Part shown: positions 49,265-61,317 of the stretch, in pieces
Position numbering within the stretch: position 1 is the first letter of the stretch
Layout: every line of letters starts with the position of its first letter
Assembly: GCA_905178155.1 (NCBI GenBank)
Contig: CAJINV010000012.1
Span: forward strand, 2,395,407 to 2,459,406
DNA from: Amoebophrya sp. A120
Lineage: Eukaryota > Protista > Dinoflagellata
DNA: 64,000 nucleotides
Direction: 5' to 3'
Made by a program: the position numbers and the translations under genes
Notes under the pieces: generated by a model
What the model was told of the DNA's origin: nothing
Seen by the model: only the letters and a program-made list of their open reading frames with translations
Databases searched by the model: none

Positions 49265-50563
49265 TCACCCCAACCTGAAGGACCAGGAACGGTAGCGCAG
49301 GCGCCGGAAGAAAGTCTTGACCGGTCCTGCAGGTGGTGCAGAGTCCGACCTTTTGAACTCGATTATCACAGCAAAAAGCGTTAACGTTAACGGAACTTGT
49401 GATGCAGCAATGGTGCATCACAAAACATGCTAAAATTTGTAATGCACAGCATGCATAATGGGCTACATTTGTGATGCATGACTGCAAAAATCTGTCAAAA
49501 CCGTTAACGTATAACACTTTTCTTTGTGATATCGATGTCGGCGATCTTCTTCCGGTATTTCGCCAGCGCTATCCCACAGAAAAAAGCTGGCAGGTCAGAT
49601 TTGTAATGCAAAAATAAATACACAGAAAAATCTGTCATGGGCGAGGCCATAGCATGCTGTTTAGGGCATGCAGTGCAGATTTTTATTTTTTGTCTATTTA
49701 TTTTTGCATTACAAATATGCCCTGCCAGCTTTTTTCTCTGGGATAAGCGCTCTGGTATGCTACGGAAAATTGATTAACGTCACCAGCAAGACCGTTGCCG
49801 TCCTCAATTTGAGTAGTCTCACAGTTACACAAACACATCAAACGCGGACGGTAGAAGAACTACAACTACACTATTTGATGCCATGCACACAACCATGAAC
49901 ATGATCCATGCAAGAAAACATCAATAAGTTGAGGTGGCAACAATCAAGCAGAAGCAAGATCTGCAGGTGACATCAAATCGAATGAGTTACACAGCATACT
50001 CGGATATGGATTGTAAAAATGTCTGGGTATGGAAGAATGCAACTTGTCATGCTGATTTTAAATTCTAAAAAAATCTGTATTGCATGGGCAGCAAAGAGAG
50101 TCCAAGTTTTGCTACACGGAAAGAGCATTTGTCATTCGGTATAGGCATCAGGAAGCCCTCACAAAATCTGTGATGCTAGGGCATGCGTCACAGATATCAG
50201 AAGTCATGCAAAATGTGCATGACAAACCTGGAAATCTTCCAGACCCAGACATTTTTACATTTGATATCGGAATTCAGATTTGACTTCCGATTCTTCGCTT
50301 GGGACAGGGTCATCCCGACCGAGAGAATTCCACCGTATATCGTACGAAAAAACTGTTTCACTGTGAACTTGTGATGCAGAAAATGGAACGCAGAACTATT
50401 TGTCTTGCTACACCAGCAAGACATTGGATTTTCAAGCGTGTTTTCCCTTGGGAAACGTGCATGGCAAATTTTCTGTGTCATGTGTAACAAACTTGTGATG
50501 CGGTTCTTGCAAAATGCTCACAGTGAAACAGTTTTTTCGTTGGATACCGTATTTGCTCCCCAT
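49265..50563 (-). CDS. 71-aa microprotein homologous to the K+ channel N-terminus; 4 introners plus a GT-AG intron (49752-49999)
   Basis: Spliced: MGSKYGGILSVGMTLSQAKNRKSNLNSEALAKYRKKIADIEFKRSDSAPPAGPVKTFFRRLRYRSWSFRLG; colinear with the intronless paralog at 51921-52295. Confidence 0.8.
49364..49531. mobile_element. Introner family E
   Basis: DR TCGAT. Confidence 0.92.
49570..49745. mobile_element. Introner family I (TATCCCA.AGAAAAAAGCTGGCAGG)
   Basis: Long TIR; DR AGCGC. Confidence 0.92.
50005..50266. mobile_element. Introner family B
   Basis: DR TCGGA. Confidence 0.92.
50338..50546. mobile_element. Introner family M (ACGAAAAAACTGTTTCACTGTGA TIR)
   Basis: DR CCGTA. Confidence 0.92.
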
Positions 50564-51920
50564 AATGTTTGCTACTGCTCGCTCCTGCGCTTTGCGACCT
50601 GGAACGAAATTTAGATTTATCTACATAAACGATGAGGGACGAAACAAGAGGTTGCAAACTTACGAATTTATTATGTTGCTCTTTCGTGAAGGTCAGGATA
50701 CGATACGGTGATAATGGGACTATGAAAACAACTGCTTGATGAAGAAAATTGAACGGCATGCTAGGGGTGGGGGAATTCTACTTGAGGACTGCTCTACAGA
50801 AAAACTTTGCTTTGGACAGACCGGCACAAGGGCTTATGCCTTTATGCTTTAGTATGTAGAAATTGAGCTTCTACTTGCACTTCATCACAAAATCTTCTTT
50901 AGGGACGAAACACAAGAAGACCAGCACTACCTGAACGACTGACGGAGGGAAACAAAAGAAAAGATGCCTAAAATCGAACTTGAAGAACGATTTTCAACAC
51001 GAAAAGCTCCAGCAAATCACGATGCTTCAGTTTCGGACGAAGACGAAGTAACTGTAACTGTCGACGGAAATACGTCAACGTTTCATATCTTCAACAGATG
51101 TTGAACGGTGGCCAAAATGAATTTCTATTCAGCTTGTGAACGGAGCAGCAGGACGAGTGCCTACGTCGACACAACTTCAAACTACGGGTGACAACCAAGC
51201 AACACGAACAAGAACAGGAGACGTTTCCTGTAGTACATCGCAGTTCGACGTCCGCCCGCGAAAATTTTTCACGTGGCTGTGCTCTTAGTAGAGCTATTTC
51301 TAAGATGAATGTATGAAGAAGGTGTTGTAGTGCTATTTGATGAGTTGCGTTCTTCTGCTGGTGGGGCCCGTCCTGTCATCATAAGCAAGAGACGACCACG
51401 TATCTATGGGTATGTAGGTGTAGCAGCGCCAACAACGTCGTCGCTAAATCCTGTATGAAATTATGTATGGTGATGTAGTATTTATCGTGACTTACAACTA
51501 CTTGTTGCAAAACAAAGTCTACTTCCCTAGGTGTCTACGATGCCGCGTGGGATTGATTCGCGCGCGTCGTCGTATGAGAATGACTTCTTTCCGTTGAAGG
51601 CAAGCAGGCTGTGCTTCCTATTTTGATAATTTCCGATGTGTTTATTCTTGCATCTTCGTCAAATTTTGTGCGTCGTGCTGGGATGCAGCAAGACCAGAGG
51701 GCACTTCCTTCTCTGTAGTTATTCCTTGGCGGGCTCGTTGTGGTCGACCTCGACGCTCTCAATATCGTCAAATAGAAAATATCCGGTCAGGATAGTTTTT
51801 GTTTTATTTTTGTTTTGTTCGACCACGTAGCAGTTGTGCGCCGGAGCATGTTCTTCAAATGCTATTTTTTCCGTTCCCGTTGTCGCGTATGCATCAAATA
51901 CGCTGTGGCTATTTCAAAAT

Positions 51921-52295
51921 TTATTGCAGTCCTCCGCCTCTAAACGCCCAATATCGATACCGCAGGCGATTCAGCAACAATCGAGCCGCCGACTTTGACC
52001 GCTCCGCTATGCTGCTAGTTTCAGAAAAGGTCGTCCCAGCTGCACCGGTAGTTGTATTTTTGCTGCCATAGAAATGAGCATAACTTTTGGAGTTGCTGCA
52101 AGGTCGTGAAAAGTAGCTATGCCCGCCGCTGTCTGCTAACTTCAGCAGCGGTCTATTGAGTTCCTCGTAGAACTCAATGTCTGCCACTTGCTTGTGGTAC
52201 TTCGCCAAAGCCTGCGCATTCATGCTGGACTTTCTGCTTTTCGCCTTGCTCCGGGTAACCCCGACAGACAAGATGCCGCCGAAGGGACGCGGCAT
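51921..52295 (-). CDS. 124-aa intronless small protein, paralog of 49265-50563
   Basis: MPRPFGGILSVGVTRSKAKSRKSSMNAQALAKYHKQVADIEF...RLRYRYWAFRGG. Confidence 0.75.
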   Translation of the reverse strand: MPRPFGGILSVGVTRSKAKSRKSSMNAQALAKYHKQVADIEFYEELNRPLLKLADSGGHSYFSRPCSNSKSYAHFYGSKNTTTGAAGTTFSETSSIAERSKSAARLLLNRLRYRYWAFRGGGLQ

Positions 52296-53226
52296 GGTAG
52301 GATTTTTGATGCAAAAGCAACGAATTACAACAACTATGTTGATGATACTGTCGAGAAATTGAAATCGAATCGACAGGTCGAGTTGCCCGAACGCCTCTGG
52401 AGTAAACGAATCTAATTCGTATGTAGTGGTGAAAAGAAAAATGCGGTCGTGCTGCTGAGTACAACGAAAAAAAAGGGGGTCTTCTACCACTGGGGAATGT
52501 GGCGTTTTTGTTATTCTATCATTTTCCTGAGAGTTTTTGTACTCGTGGTTCTTGGGAGGAGAATTACAGCTCCGCCTTGCCGTCCTGTATATGCAAAATC
52601 GAAGATGACACAGGAGCAGCGAGTTCATCTTTCCAACAATTGCTGGCGATGCAATGACATCAACAAACGCATCGTCCAAAAACTACTTTTAGACAATACA
52701 CGCACGAGGAAACGACGACATTGGACGACAACGAAAAGGAAGATACGAACGGACACGGAGGCTTCTTGCAAGCAGTGGACGACGACGATGCAGCACCGAT
52801 GTGAGTTTTCATTTATCATCATGGATCCTGGTATAAACACTACTTCTTTCTTCTTGCGCTCTAGCTGTATGAAAGTAGGGCGACGAGCCACGATGTGAAA
52901 CGCTGACAAGAAGGATACGAGCTTTTTTCGTGCCTGTTCGACATCAGCACGGGCCTAACTTTCGCATGAACCGAGGCCCGCGATGAAAAAGTAGAAGAGG
53001 GTCCGACAACCTTCGTTTTTTGGTATTAAGGCGTGCAGCTTGGAAGTAGCGAAACAAGGGAAACATTAACATTCTCGGTAGCGCGCTGTCTTGTTTTAAA
53101 GGTGCAACTTCACTCCAGCAGCAGCGGACCTTCAAGTACACAAAACCTGAAGATGACAAAAAGGCAGTGCGTGATGCTGCTCCTCCCCCCACTGGGCATT
53201 TTCACGACTACATTTACAATTGTTGC

Positions 53227-56200
53227 TCATGCTGGTGCAAGGGAAACAATGATGTCTACTGGAAGATACTGGGCAGCCAACTGCTCGATATGCACACGAC
53301 GCGGCCGCTTATCGATATCATGTGTAGAAGTAGAGGTCGTACTGCAATCGAACATGACGACACGACAGAGAATCTCGGAGACTTCGTTTTGCAAGCTACT
53401 GGGGTGCGGTGGGGGCTCATCCTCCAGCTCGTTATTTCCTTTCTTTCCGTCTCCTTCTTCCAGAGGTGCCCGTGCCGCCTTCTCGTCGCCCGTTTTTATC
53501 CCGAGAAAGTTCGTGACGAGCTGCCACAGGTTCTGCAGAGTTGCGAACGACAATCGGCTGTACGTCGTGCTTAGGCACAGGGTTGTTCCTTCCTGCCCCG
53601 CACACGACGACCACGCCGAGCCTTGCTGTAATACGAGTTGCTGCGCACACTGATACAACGCGACCGCGAGGCCTTGCTTGCAGGTCCTCGGCGTGCTTCT
53701 GCTTCGAAGGGCTGGAAGTGTCTGCGTCCTCTGTGCGTCGTCTTTTTCAGTTGTAGTGGAAGATTTCGTCACGACCGTTGAGGAATGTGGACCGCTTATC
53801 AGATGACCAACATTTCCGGGCTTTGATGCCTCTACCACCCGGGAAGACAACGCCAGCCACTGAAGCCAAAACATGTTGCTCGAAGATCGGGCTCTGTTCT
53901 GCATCGAAAGAAATGCCTCTTGTTCTTCGTGCAACGGCAATAACACCGCTGCATACCCAATCCTTTGCACAAGATCGAGCCCGATTTTGAGGGGCTGTTT
54001 TCCTTTGGATGTGCTTTTCAAGTAGTAGCCTTGCCGGTCGTTCTCCATGCTCCTCGTGCGAGATGGTGGAGCACCAGGACCTACCAGCGCGGAGGTTCGC
54101 GTTACCACACTCGATGAACAAGTCGCTAAACACTGCTGCAACAGACCCACTGCAGCGCCGGGTGATGTGGTCCCTCGTGTTGGTCGTCGTGCTGCCGTGT
54201 TTTTAGAGAATAAACATAAAGCATCTTCCGCTGCACTTCTCGTCATGGCGTCTTGCTCTACTGGGTACTGAAGCTCCTCCTGCCACTCAACAACATGAAC
54301 ATTCTTTGGTTCGTTAGAACGAGCAGCAGTGATTAGCTCGCTAGAGCAGGTAGAGCCGAAAGAGGACGAAGGTGTGATGTTCTCGTCTGACACTCTGCTC
54401 GCCGCTAGAGTCCCCTGGTGAAGCGCCTCTCGATGCTGTTGAAGCCGCTTGTTCCCCTGAGGTGAAGCACCACCTACACCTGCTCCCGACGCACGACCGA
54501 AGTCCAAATTAGCTATGCTCCAGCACAGCCAGGTTGCGGTGTCGAGTAATTTCGGTCGAGTATCTTCTACTTCATCGTGCTTTATTTCCGATAATGCTCC
54601 TGCACAACTTCTAGCCTGTGCCTGTGACGCGCTGCGGCGCAGCGTCTCCTGCGCCAGCGCTTTTGTACAGCCCTCGACTTGTCGTTCCAGCAAGATCGCC
54701 AGGTCAGGTAGCGGTACTGGGGCAAGAGCATGGTGACTTATTGCTGACCCAGGAACAGAGCAAGCTCCGTCCTCTGAGCTACCTACTTCCACCAAGCTCG
54801 GCCACCGCCGGACCGACAACTGCGCGTCCACGGCAAGGGTTACAGCCTGCTTGAAATCCGACCATTCCGCGCTCATACTTTCGTCCTCGCGGGGACACTC
54901 ACTTGAGAAAAGGCCGAAAGAGCTCGTTGGGCTGAAGCTGCAGTTCCGCAGATTCCAACCACTGTTCAACCTCAATATCCTTGAACAAACAGCATCAATC
55001 ACTGCTGCTAGCTCCTCTGGGTGCCTATTTTTCAAACCGGAAGCTATGCTCAGCGCGTCGCGGCTGCGGAGCTGCTGTTGCTGCTGGGGGTAATGGTAGC
55101 ATGGTACTTGTTCTAAAGCGCGGGTGGACAAAGGCTCAGCAGCACCCGAGTTAGCGCCGGCCAGATTGAAGTAGATATCGCCTTCGCTATCATGCTGCCC
55201 CGTCGTACTACTGGCACCAGTAGCTTTTCCCAGGTTCAAAGTCCGTAGAAACAGTTCGTCCAACTGTTCTCGCGTTGTCTTATTCGATGATGACGCCGTG
55301 TATACTAGCTGTCGTCCAGTTTCAGGCGAAAGCCTTGTCGAAAGAGTCGTCCCTGCTTCCACCTGCGGAACCCGAACCTGTTCTTCCAAAGCCGCACTGA
55401 TTCTGGCCAATAACGAGACTTGTCGAACGTCCCTCCGCAAAAATGGGCACTGGACTGCGTCACGCAAGAATTTTTCCACAATTTGTGCTGACGAGTCACT
55501 TCCGTGGCTCCAGTGGTGCTGTTCGATGCGCTTGTACTGGGCATTAGCAGTTGCACCGCAACTTCTACCGTTGATCTTACCGTCACTGCCCCAAGCTTCC
55601 AGCTCCAACCCTTGTAAAATTCCGGTGAGCAGATTCAAACGACAGTGGGTCCCCACAAACTTCTGCAAATCAACTGCAGCTAGGACCTTGTAGACTGAGG
55701 GGAGATAGTAGCCATAGGGTGCGTGGAGAAGCAAGCGATCGCGATCCTTCGCCTTGTCGCTGCTATCACTTTTTTCTCCATCAATCACGACCGTTGTCGC
55801 ACCGTAATAGGCCTCTGCAAACAGTGCCGGCTTTCCAAGCAGGGTCGGAAACCATTCGACAATCGGCAACACCTTCTCGAGCGCGAAACTTCGCAGCGCA
55901 GCGTGGTGCGGCAGCTTTGCGGCAGCCCACAGGATTTGCGGCAGCCTGGTTTGCTTGAACTCAAGATAATTTTTAGTTTGTGGAAATAAAGCATGATCTT
56001 CAGCAGCGGTGCCCCTCGTACTTCCAGTGCCTCTATCGTCGTCTCCACGACTTCTACCTTGTTCTCTCAAAATCCTAGCCGGCCACCGCTTCCTGGCTTC
56101 CTGACAGAGCCTTTCAATCAGAAAATCCACATGCTCGTCCGAGAACGTGAAGGGCTATCCTGTGCAAAAGTATCGTACTCGTAGTAATTGCATTTATGCA

Positions 56201-58670
56201 TTACAAATCTCTTTTTCAAGCTAAATCAGCATTACAAATTTAATTTGTAATGCTGGGGTAATTTGTAACGCAAATCTATACGACTACGATCCTTTTGCGG
56301 TCCATACGGGCCGGAGTTTCGCGAACCCGAAAAAGCAATCGACAACGTCGTCAGCATTCATCGTGGAGATAAAACGTAGAGGATCTTGATCTTCCATTTC
56401 TGGGGTGTAGTTCCTCGGTCTCTCGGTAGAAGTAGTTTCACCCCCGCGTTCTTGTTCAGTAGCTCCCGCATTGTCCTCCTCCAGCGCCATGCTCTTGATC
56501 CCATCTGTCGATGGTGTTTTTGTTGTGTCTGTGGAGTCGGTGGTGTCGAAGTGTGGTCCGACAAGACCTTCATTTATTTCCGGTGCAGACGGTGGAAAAA
56601 ATTTCGCTAACAGTACGTCCGCAACGATTGGGTTCTCCTTTGCGAGCAATCCGCAGGCAAATACGATTCTCGCCACATCCCTGGCGTTCCATTCGGTTAA
56701 ACAGACACTGTCAATGTCCAGCGAGAGCTTGCGGAGCACAAGGTCGAATAGTTTTTTGTTGGTGTAGGTCCGGGGAGGCGGAGGGCGTTCTGATAGTATG
56801 GTGTTAATGTTATCCAAAGCTGTACTTCTCATCGCTGCGGACGAGCTGCCCCGCCCGGGGGCATGATTTGTTGTTCTCGAAGAATTCGCTGCAGTTGCAG
56901 TTGTAGAAGTTGTTGCCCCACTGCAACTTGCAGGTGTACTAGTACATGCTGAAGTGCCGGAAACTGCAAGCTTGACGACCTCAGAGAACAGGTTTGCCAG
57001 GTCCCGCGTCTTGCGCCAAATATTTTTGCGTTCTTGGGGTGGTGGTTGCTCCTCGCTTAGAGCTTTCACACCCGTTAGCATGAGAAGTGGCGAATTTGTA
57101 GTGAATTTTGCATGACAAAGTGCAGATGAGTCCGCCGGGACGTTGTCCCTCTTGCCCTTCTGGGAAGTGGGTTCTGCACACCGACCGCGGAACCCACTTC
57201 TAGACATGGCCTGGGCGTCGTTCTTTGCCCATATCTTTTCGTCTCCCTGTGCTCGCATAAGGGCACAACACTGCAACAGCCACAGCAAAGACGCCAAACA
57301 TAAGGGCTCCGGAGCACATACAATTAGGCAAGACGAAGGCGCGAAAGCAAGGGCGAAAGGACCAGGCCGAGGGCTTTGACGCATCTATCCGGCAGGCGCG
57401 TGAACTCTCCCGGTCTTTTCGGCAGAATATAGGCGGGCTGAGGGCAGCAGAGGGCGCTTGTCTTTTCCCCTCGGCGCCAATTCCTAGGGCCTATTTGCGG
57501 ACTTTTTTGGGCACTTTTCTGCGCTAAAGTTTGCCTATCGCGGTCGAAAAGGGGCGCCCGGTGAATTTTGGGGTGAATTTTGAAAAGGGCGCCAGTGAAT
57601 TTTGAAATCCGGCTCCTGTTCAAAATTCGCTAGCGCATGGGAAACTCCGGGTTTTGCGGCTTCAGAAAAGTGTCCCAAAAACAACAACCTTCAAAATTCA
57701 CCAAGAGAATTCTTGACCTGGGAGCCACGTCGAAAAAGAGTTTCTCCGGAGGCAAAAACACACCTGGGGAGTTGTAAGCCGAGCACAGCAGGCGAAGCAA
57801 GCCAGTGCCCGTGGCCGAGTCGTGCCTTCCCTTTCACCCGAGGCTACTCCCAGATATCCAATTCCAAGCCACGACCGCAACTCATGAGAGCGCACGCGTT
57901 GAACTAGTGCCCCTGTGTTCAGGCGTCGCCCTCCGTCCCTTTCGACCATTCCGGAGAGGCACTTCTGAGGCAGACGCGCAGAAGAATAAGAGCCCCCCGA
58001 TCCACCTTCTCTGGTCGTTAAATACGCACTACACAGCCCGGCGGGCCCTCGAAAGACCACTTCTCTCGGTCCCGCAAGCGCCACCACGCGATGAGCAGCC
58101 CTCCGCGCTGTGTGGGATGCTTGGGCTCGTGTCCATACGCAGCGCACTTCTCTTTTAACTAAATGTAAATGCAAGCCATGCAATACAAATTCACTGCAAA
58201 TTCACCCTTATGTACGCTATCGACCGTTGAAGACATAAACATAGGTCCCGCGTCTTGCGCCAAATATTTTTGCGTCGTTCTTGGGCTGGTGGCTCCTCCT
58301 CGCTAGGCTGCGGTTCCGAAACTGCATGCGTTTTATCTGCATGTCCAGGTGGACCGCAAGCACTGCTGCTCCACCAGCATGAAGACAATTCTGGCTGCCG
58401 GTAGTAGGTACTTAGCACGTCCACCAGCAGGCGTTTTCTCCGGTTGCGGTCGGCAGTGGCGTTAGTCTTCGGTATCTTCCGCAACGTGTTTCGCAAAGCG
58501 TGCAAACACTCCGCTGCGGTGGCGTAGCTGGGGACTTCTACACGACCATGGCCGCTGGTGCTAGTGGTAGACGCGAATTTGCTCGTCGTGCAATAGACCG
58601 CGCTGGATGTAGTTGCAGTCCCTGTCCCTCCGCCTGTGCTGGTGCGAACAGGGTTAACCAGGCTCTTCAT
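53227..58670 (-). CDS. Large helical-repeat protein resembling FASTK/RAP-type organellar RNA-binding proteins
   Basis: 967-aa ORF plus upstream exons; repeated helices DVARIVFACGLL, DVVDCFFGFAKL, LPQILWAAAKL, LCWSIANL. Family assignment is tentative. Confidence 0.55.
56156..56306. mobile_element. Introner family A
   Basis: DR AGGGC/CGGGC. Confidence 0.88.
57058..58243. mobile_element. Introner-like composite insertion flanked by an approximately 60-bp coding direct repeat; probable nested Helitron-like element at about 57128-58170
   Basis: 57000-57057 resembles 58244-58304; inverted GAATTTG.AGTGAATTT subterminal motifs; inner part starts TTTACATTTAG and ends with a GGGAC-aac-GTCCC hairpin plus GCGGAC on the minus strand. 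Confidence 0.6.
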
Positions 58671-59392
58671 GGTGGAAAAGATCGAGGAAACCCCCTTCAA
58701 CTTCTTGTTTCTCGTCGCAGTAGAAAGTCGTGGCTGTTCTTTCTGTTAGACTTTTCCAGGCACAAGGCATCCCGCGGGCCACGACAAGTCCTAACTTTCA
58801 CCACCAGCAGCGAGAACAAGCTGTAAAACTTTTATGACTGTTGATGAGAAAATAAAAAGTAAAAGTCAATCATCTAGCTATGCCTTTAGCTTTACGCTTG
58901 CTCGTGCATGTGCAAGGACAAGTACTTAAAGTGATCGGCTCGCGGTCGGTGAATTCAACTTATTTTTTTTTGCTTTGCGGTTCTAGATCTTGAGCACCTA
59001 GTGCTCAAAGACGATCGTCATGATGTTCATACAGTGGGAAGACTTCGTCCGCTGGTGAAGGAACACGAACACGTCCTCTAATGCGGAAAAAAAAAGTCTT
59101 CGTCACAAAAGAAATCAAAGCAGGAGGCACCACCTCCCCAAGTGAAGTTATTCCTTTCTGTACTTTTTCCAAAATTAGTTCCAAAAAGAAGCACCCAAAT
59201 ACTTCTTTGCAAACTTCGTTCTTGAAGTTGTTTATTCGGTGTGATAAGGTACTATTCTGTTCTGTATTCTCGGAAGTTGTAACATGTTCTTGAACAAAAT
59301 CAAAATGGAAGTTGTTCTCACTCAGATATTCTCAAAGAGAAAGACAAGTTGGTTCGTGAGAACTTGTGCGAAGAACTTAATTCCCGTCTCTG

Positions 59393-61317
59393 TCACGCTT
59401 TCATGGCCGGATCCATATCCAGCATTTTCATCGCCTCCGCCAACGCAAAATCTGCTTCTTGCGACACCCGTTCCAGGGATTTACCCTCAAAATCCGCCTC
59501 GTATTCTATCACACCAAAAAGTGTTAACGTTAACGGAATTTGTGATGCAGCAGTGCATCACCAAACATGCCAAAATTTGTAATGCATAGCATGCATATTG
59601 GGCTACATTTGTGATGCTTGACTGCAATCTGTGAAAACCGTTAACGTTAACGCTTTTGCTTGTGATATATTCCTCGTCAGTCGTATACTCGGACGAGGAA
59701 TCGGACCTGTAAATAGTATGTGATTGGACTTGGAATAAATTTGGTTTTCATGATCGTACTTTTGTTTGTAATAGTAATATCTAGTTGTGCTATACTGGCA
59801 TACAAGGAGCATCGGCAACATGGCTGAAGATGAAGCAAGTCGAGTCCACTGTCATGCGCGAACTGCAAGACAAAAACCGGCCAAAACAACATCGACAGCT
59901 ACCCGGCTCCGTTCAGCTTCATGTTAGCCAGGACCTCTTTAAATTTCGCCTCCCTTTCTTCCCTTGTCAGCTCCCGCTTGCTTTCTCCACCCGAACCGTT
60001 CCCGCCACAGAAATCTTGCACCGACTGGTCTTCATCTCCGGGTGAGCAGGTGCTGTTATTAGAAAAGCAAGGTGTGGAAAAAACAAGGCACAGTAGGTGT
60101 AGTTCCGTATGCATATGCATTTTAAGATTTTGCCTTACTCGAACTCTGAATAAACAATGCAAATCAAATTACGCATCAACATTTTTCTTGCTACTATCCG
60201 TATGAAAATCGGCAACTTCATGCACGTTTGAGGATATGATCATGAACAAACCATCGGCACCTGTAGCAAAATATCGTATAAATATTTTTTACCTCCCTCC
60301 TCCTCCACCAACTGTGCTGCTTTCCATCTTTTCCTGCTCGCTCTTGCTCTTGTTCTCCGCCAGTAAGTTCTTTAAATCGTCCAAGACGGTTGTCTATGCA
60401 TTGCAAATATGTCTGGGTCTGGAAACTTGTGATGCAAGGGAGGGAATAGTGAAAGCACTGTAATGCGCTGCCCAGCATGAAAAGTTTTGCCGTGGTTCTG
60501 AGTTGCGTACTCCGCATGAGAAGCTGCGTTTTTGCATGACAGGCAAGAAGAGGAGGTCTTCGCGGCCACGCAATACAGAGCTCAGTGTCATGCCAGACTA
60601 GCATGACAAATCTCGCAATCTCCCACAGCCAGACCCAGATACATTTGCAGTTGATATAGTCTTCGGGTCTATCTCCCCCGCCTTCTTTCTGTCCGCGTAG
60701 GCTTGCGCGGATTTTGGGGAAATGGTGGGCTGTAACACCGATGCGCCAGACCGGTATTGGAGAATTAGCTCCTCTTGCTGGATGAGCAAGAGGTCTAAGA
60801 ACTCACCCTGTTGTTCCTGCGAAAGCTGGCTAATGAGTTCGCGGAAGACTTCGGAGTCCGAGATTTGGAGGCACCCTGGTTTAAAGTTCGATTGGTGGAG
60901 GTTTCTCATGCAGAAAACACAATTGAGCAATCATCTGTCATGCAAGTAGTTCCGATAAAGAAATTGAAATTTCGGGCATCTTCGTGAGTCATACCTTCGT
61001 CTATCTTTTCCTCTATTTCCTCCACACTGTAGGCTGGCTTCTTTTTCTTCTTCTTTGGCGGGTCGCCTGGTCGTCTCTTTCTCTTTTTCTTTCCATCTAT
61101 CACAAGGAAAAGCGCTAAGGTTAACGATTACAGTCATGCATCACAAATGTAGCCCAATATGCATGATATGCATGACAAATTCTGGCACGTCAGTCTTGTG
61201 ATGCATTTCTGCATCACAAATTCCGTTAAAGTTAACACTTTTTCCTGTGATACCATCCCGTGTACGCCTAGACTCCTCGTCCGGGCGCGGTCGGGCTTTG
61301 CTCTGGGCTTCGCCCAT
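59393..61317 (-). CDS. Hypothetical charged protein with Lys-rich NLS-like N-terminus; 4 introners plus probable GT-AG introns
   Basis: Spliced MGEAQSKARPRPDEESRRTRDGKKKRKRRPGDPPKKKKKK...IDEGFRELISQ...PKTTVLDDLKNLL; 3' junctions less certain. Confidence 0.55.
59507..59667. mobile_element. Introner family E
   Basis: DR TATTC. Confidence 0.92.
60395..60656. mobile_element. Introner family B
   Basis: DR TTGTC/TAGTC. Confidence 0.9.
60853..60993. mobile_element. Heavily eroded introner
   Basis: DR ACTTC/CCTTC; internal GCATGACA motif; frame restored; TIR nearly lost. Confidence 0.5.
61098..61252. mobile_element. Introner family E
   Basis: DR CCATC. Confidence 0.92.

Noticed and set aside
53227-56130. 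967-aa ORF as the autonomous transposase or Rep/helicase
   Set aside because: No DDE, HUH or helicase motifs recognised, no flanking TIRs, and it continues into upstream exons of a host-like gene.
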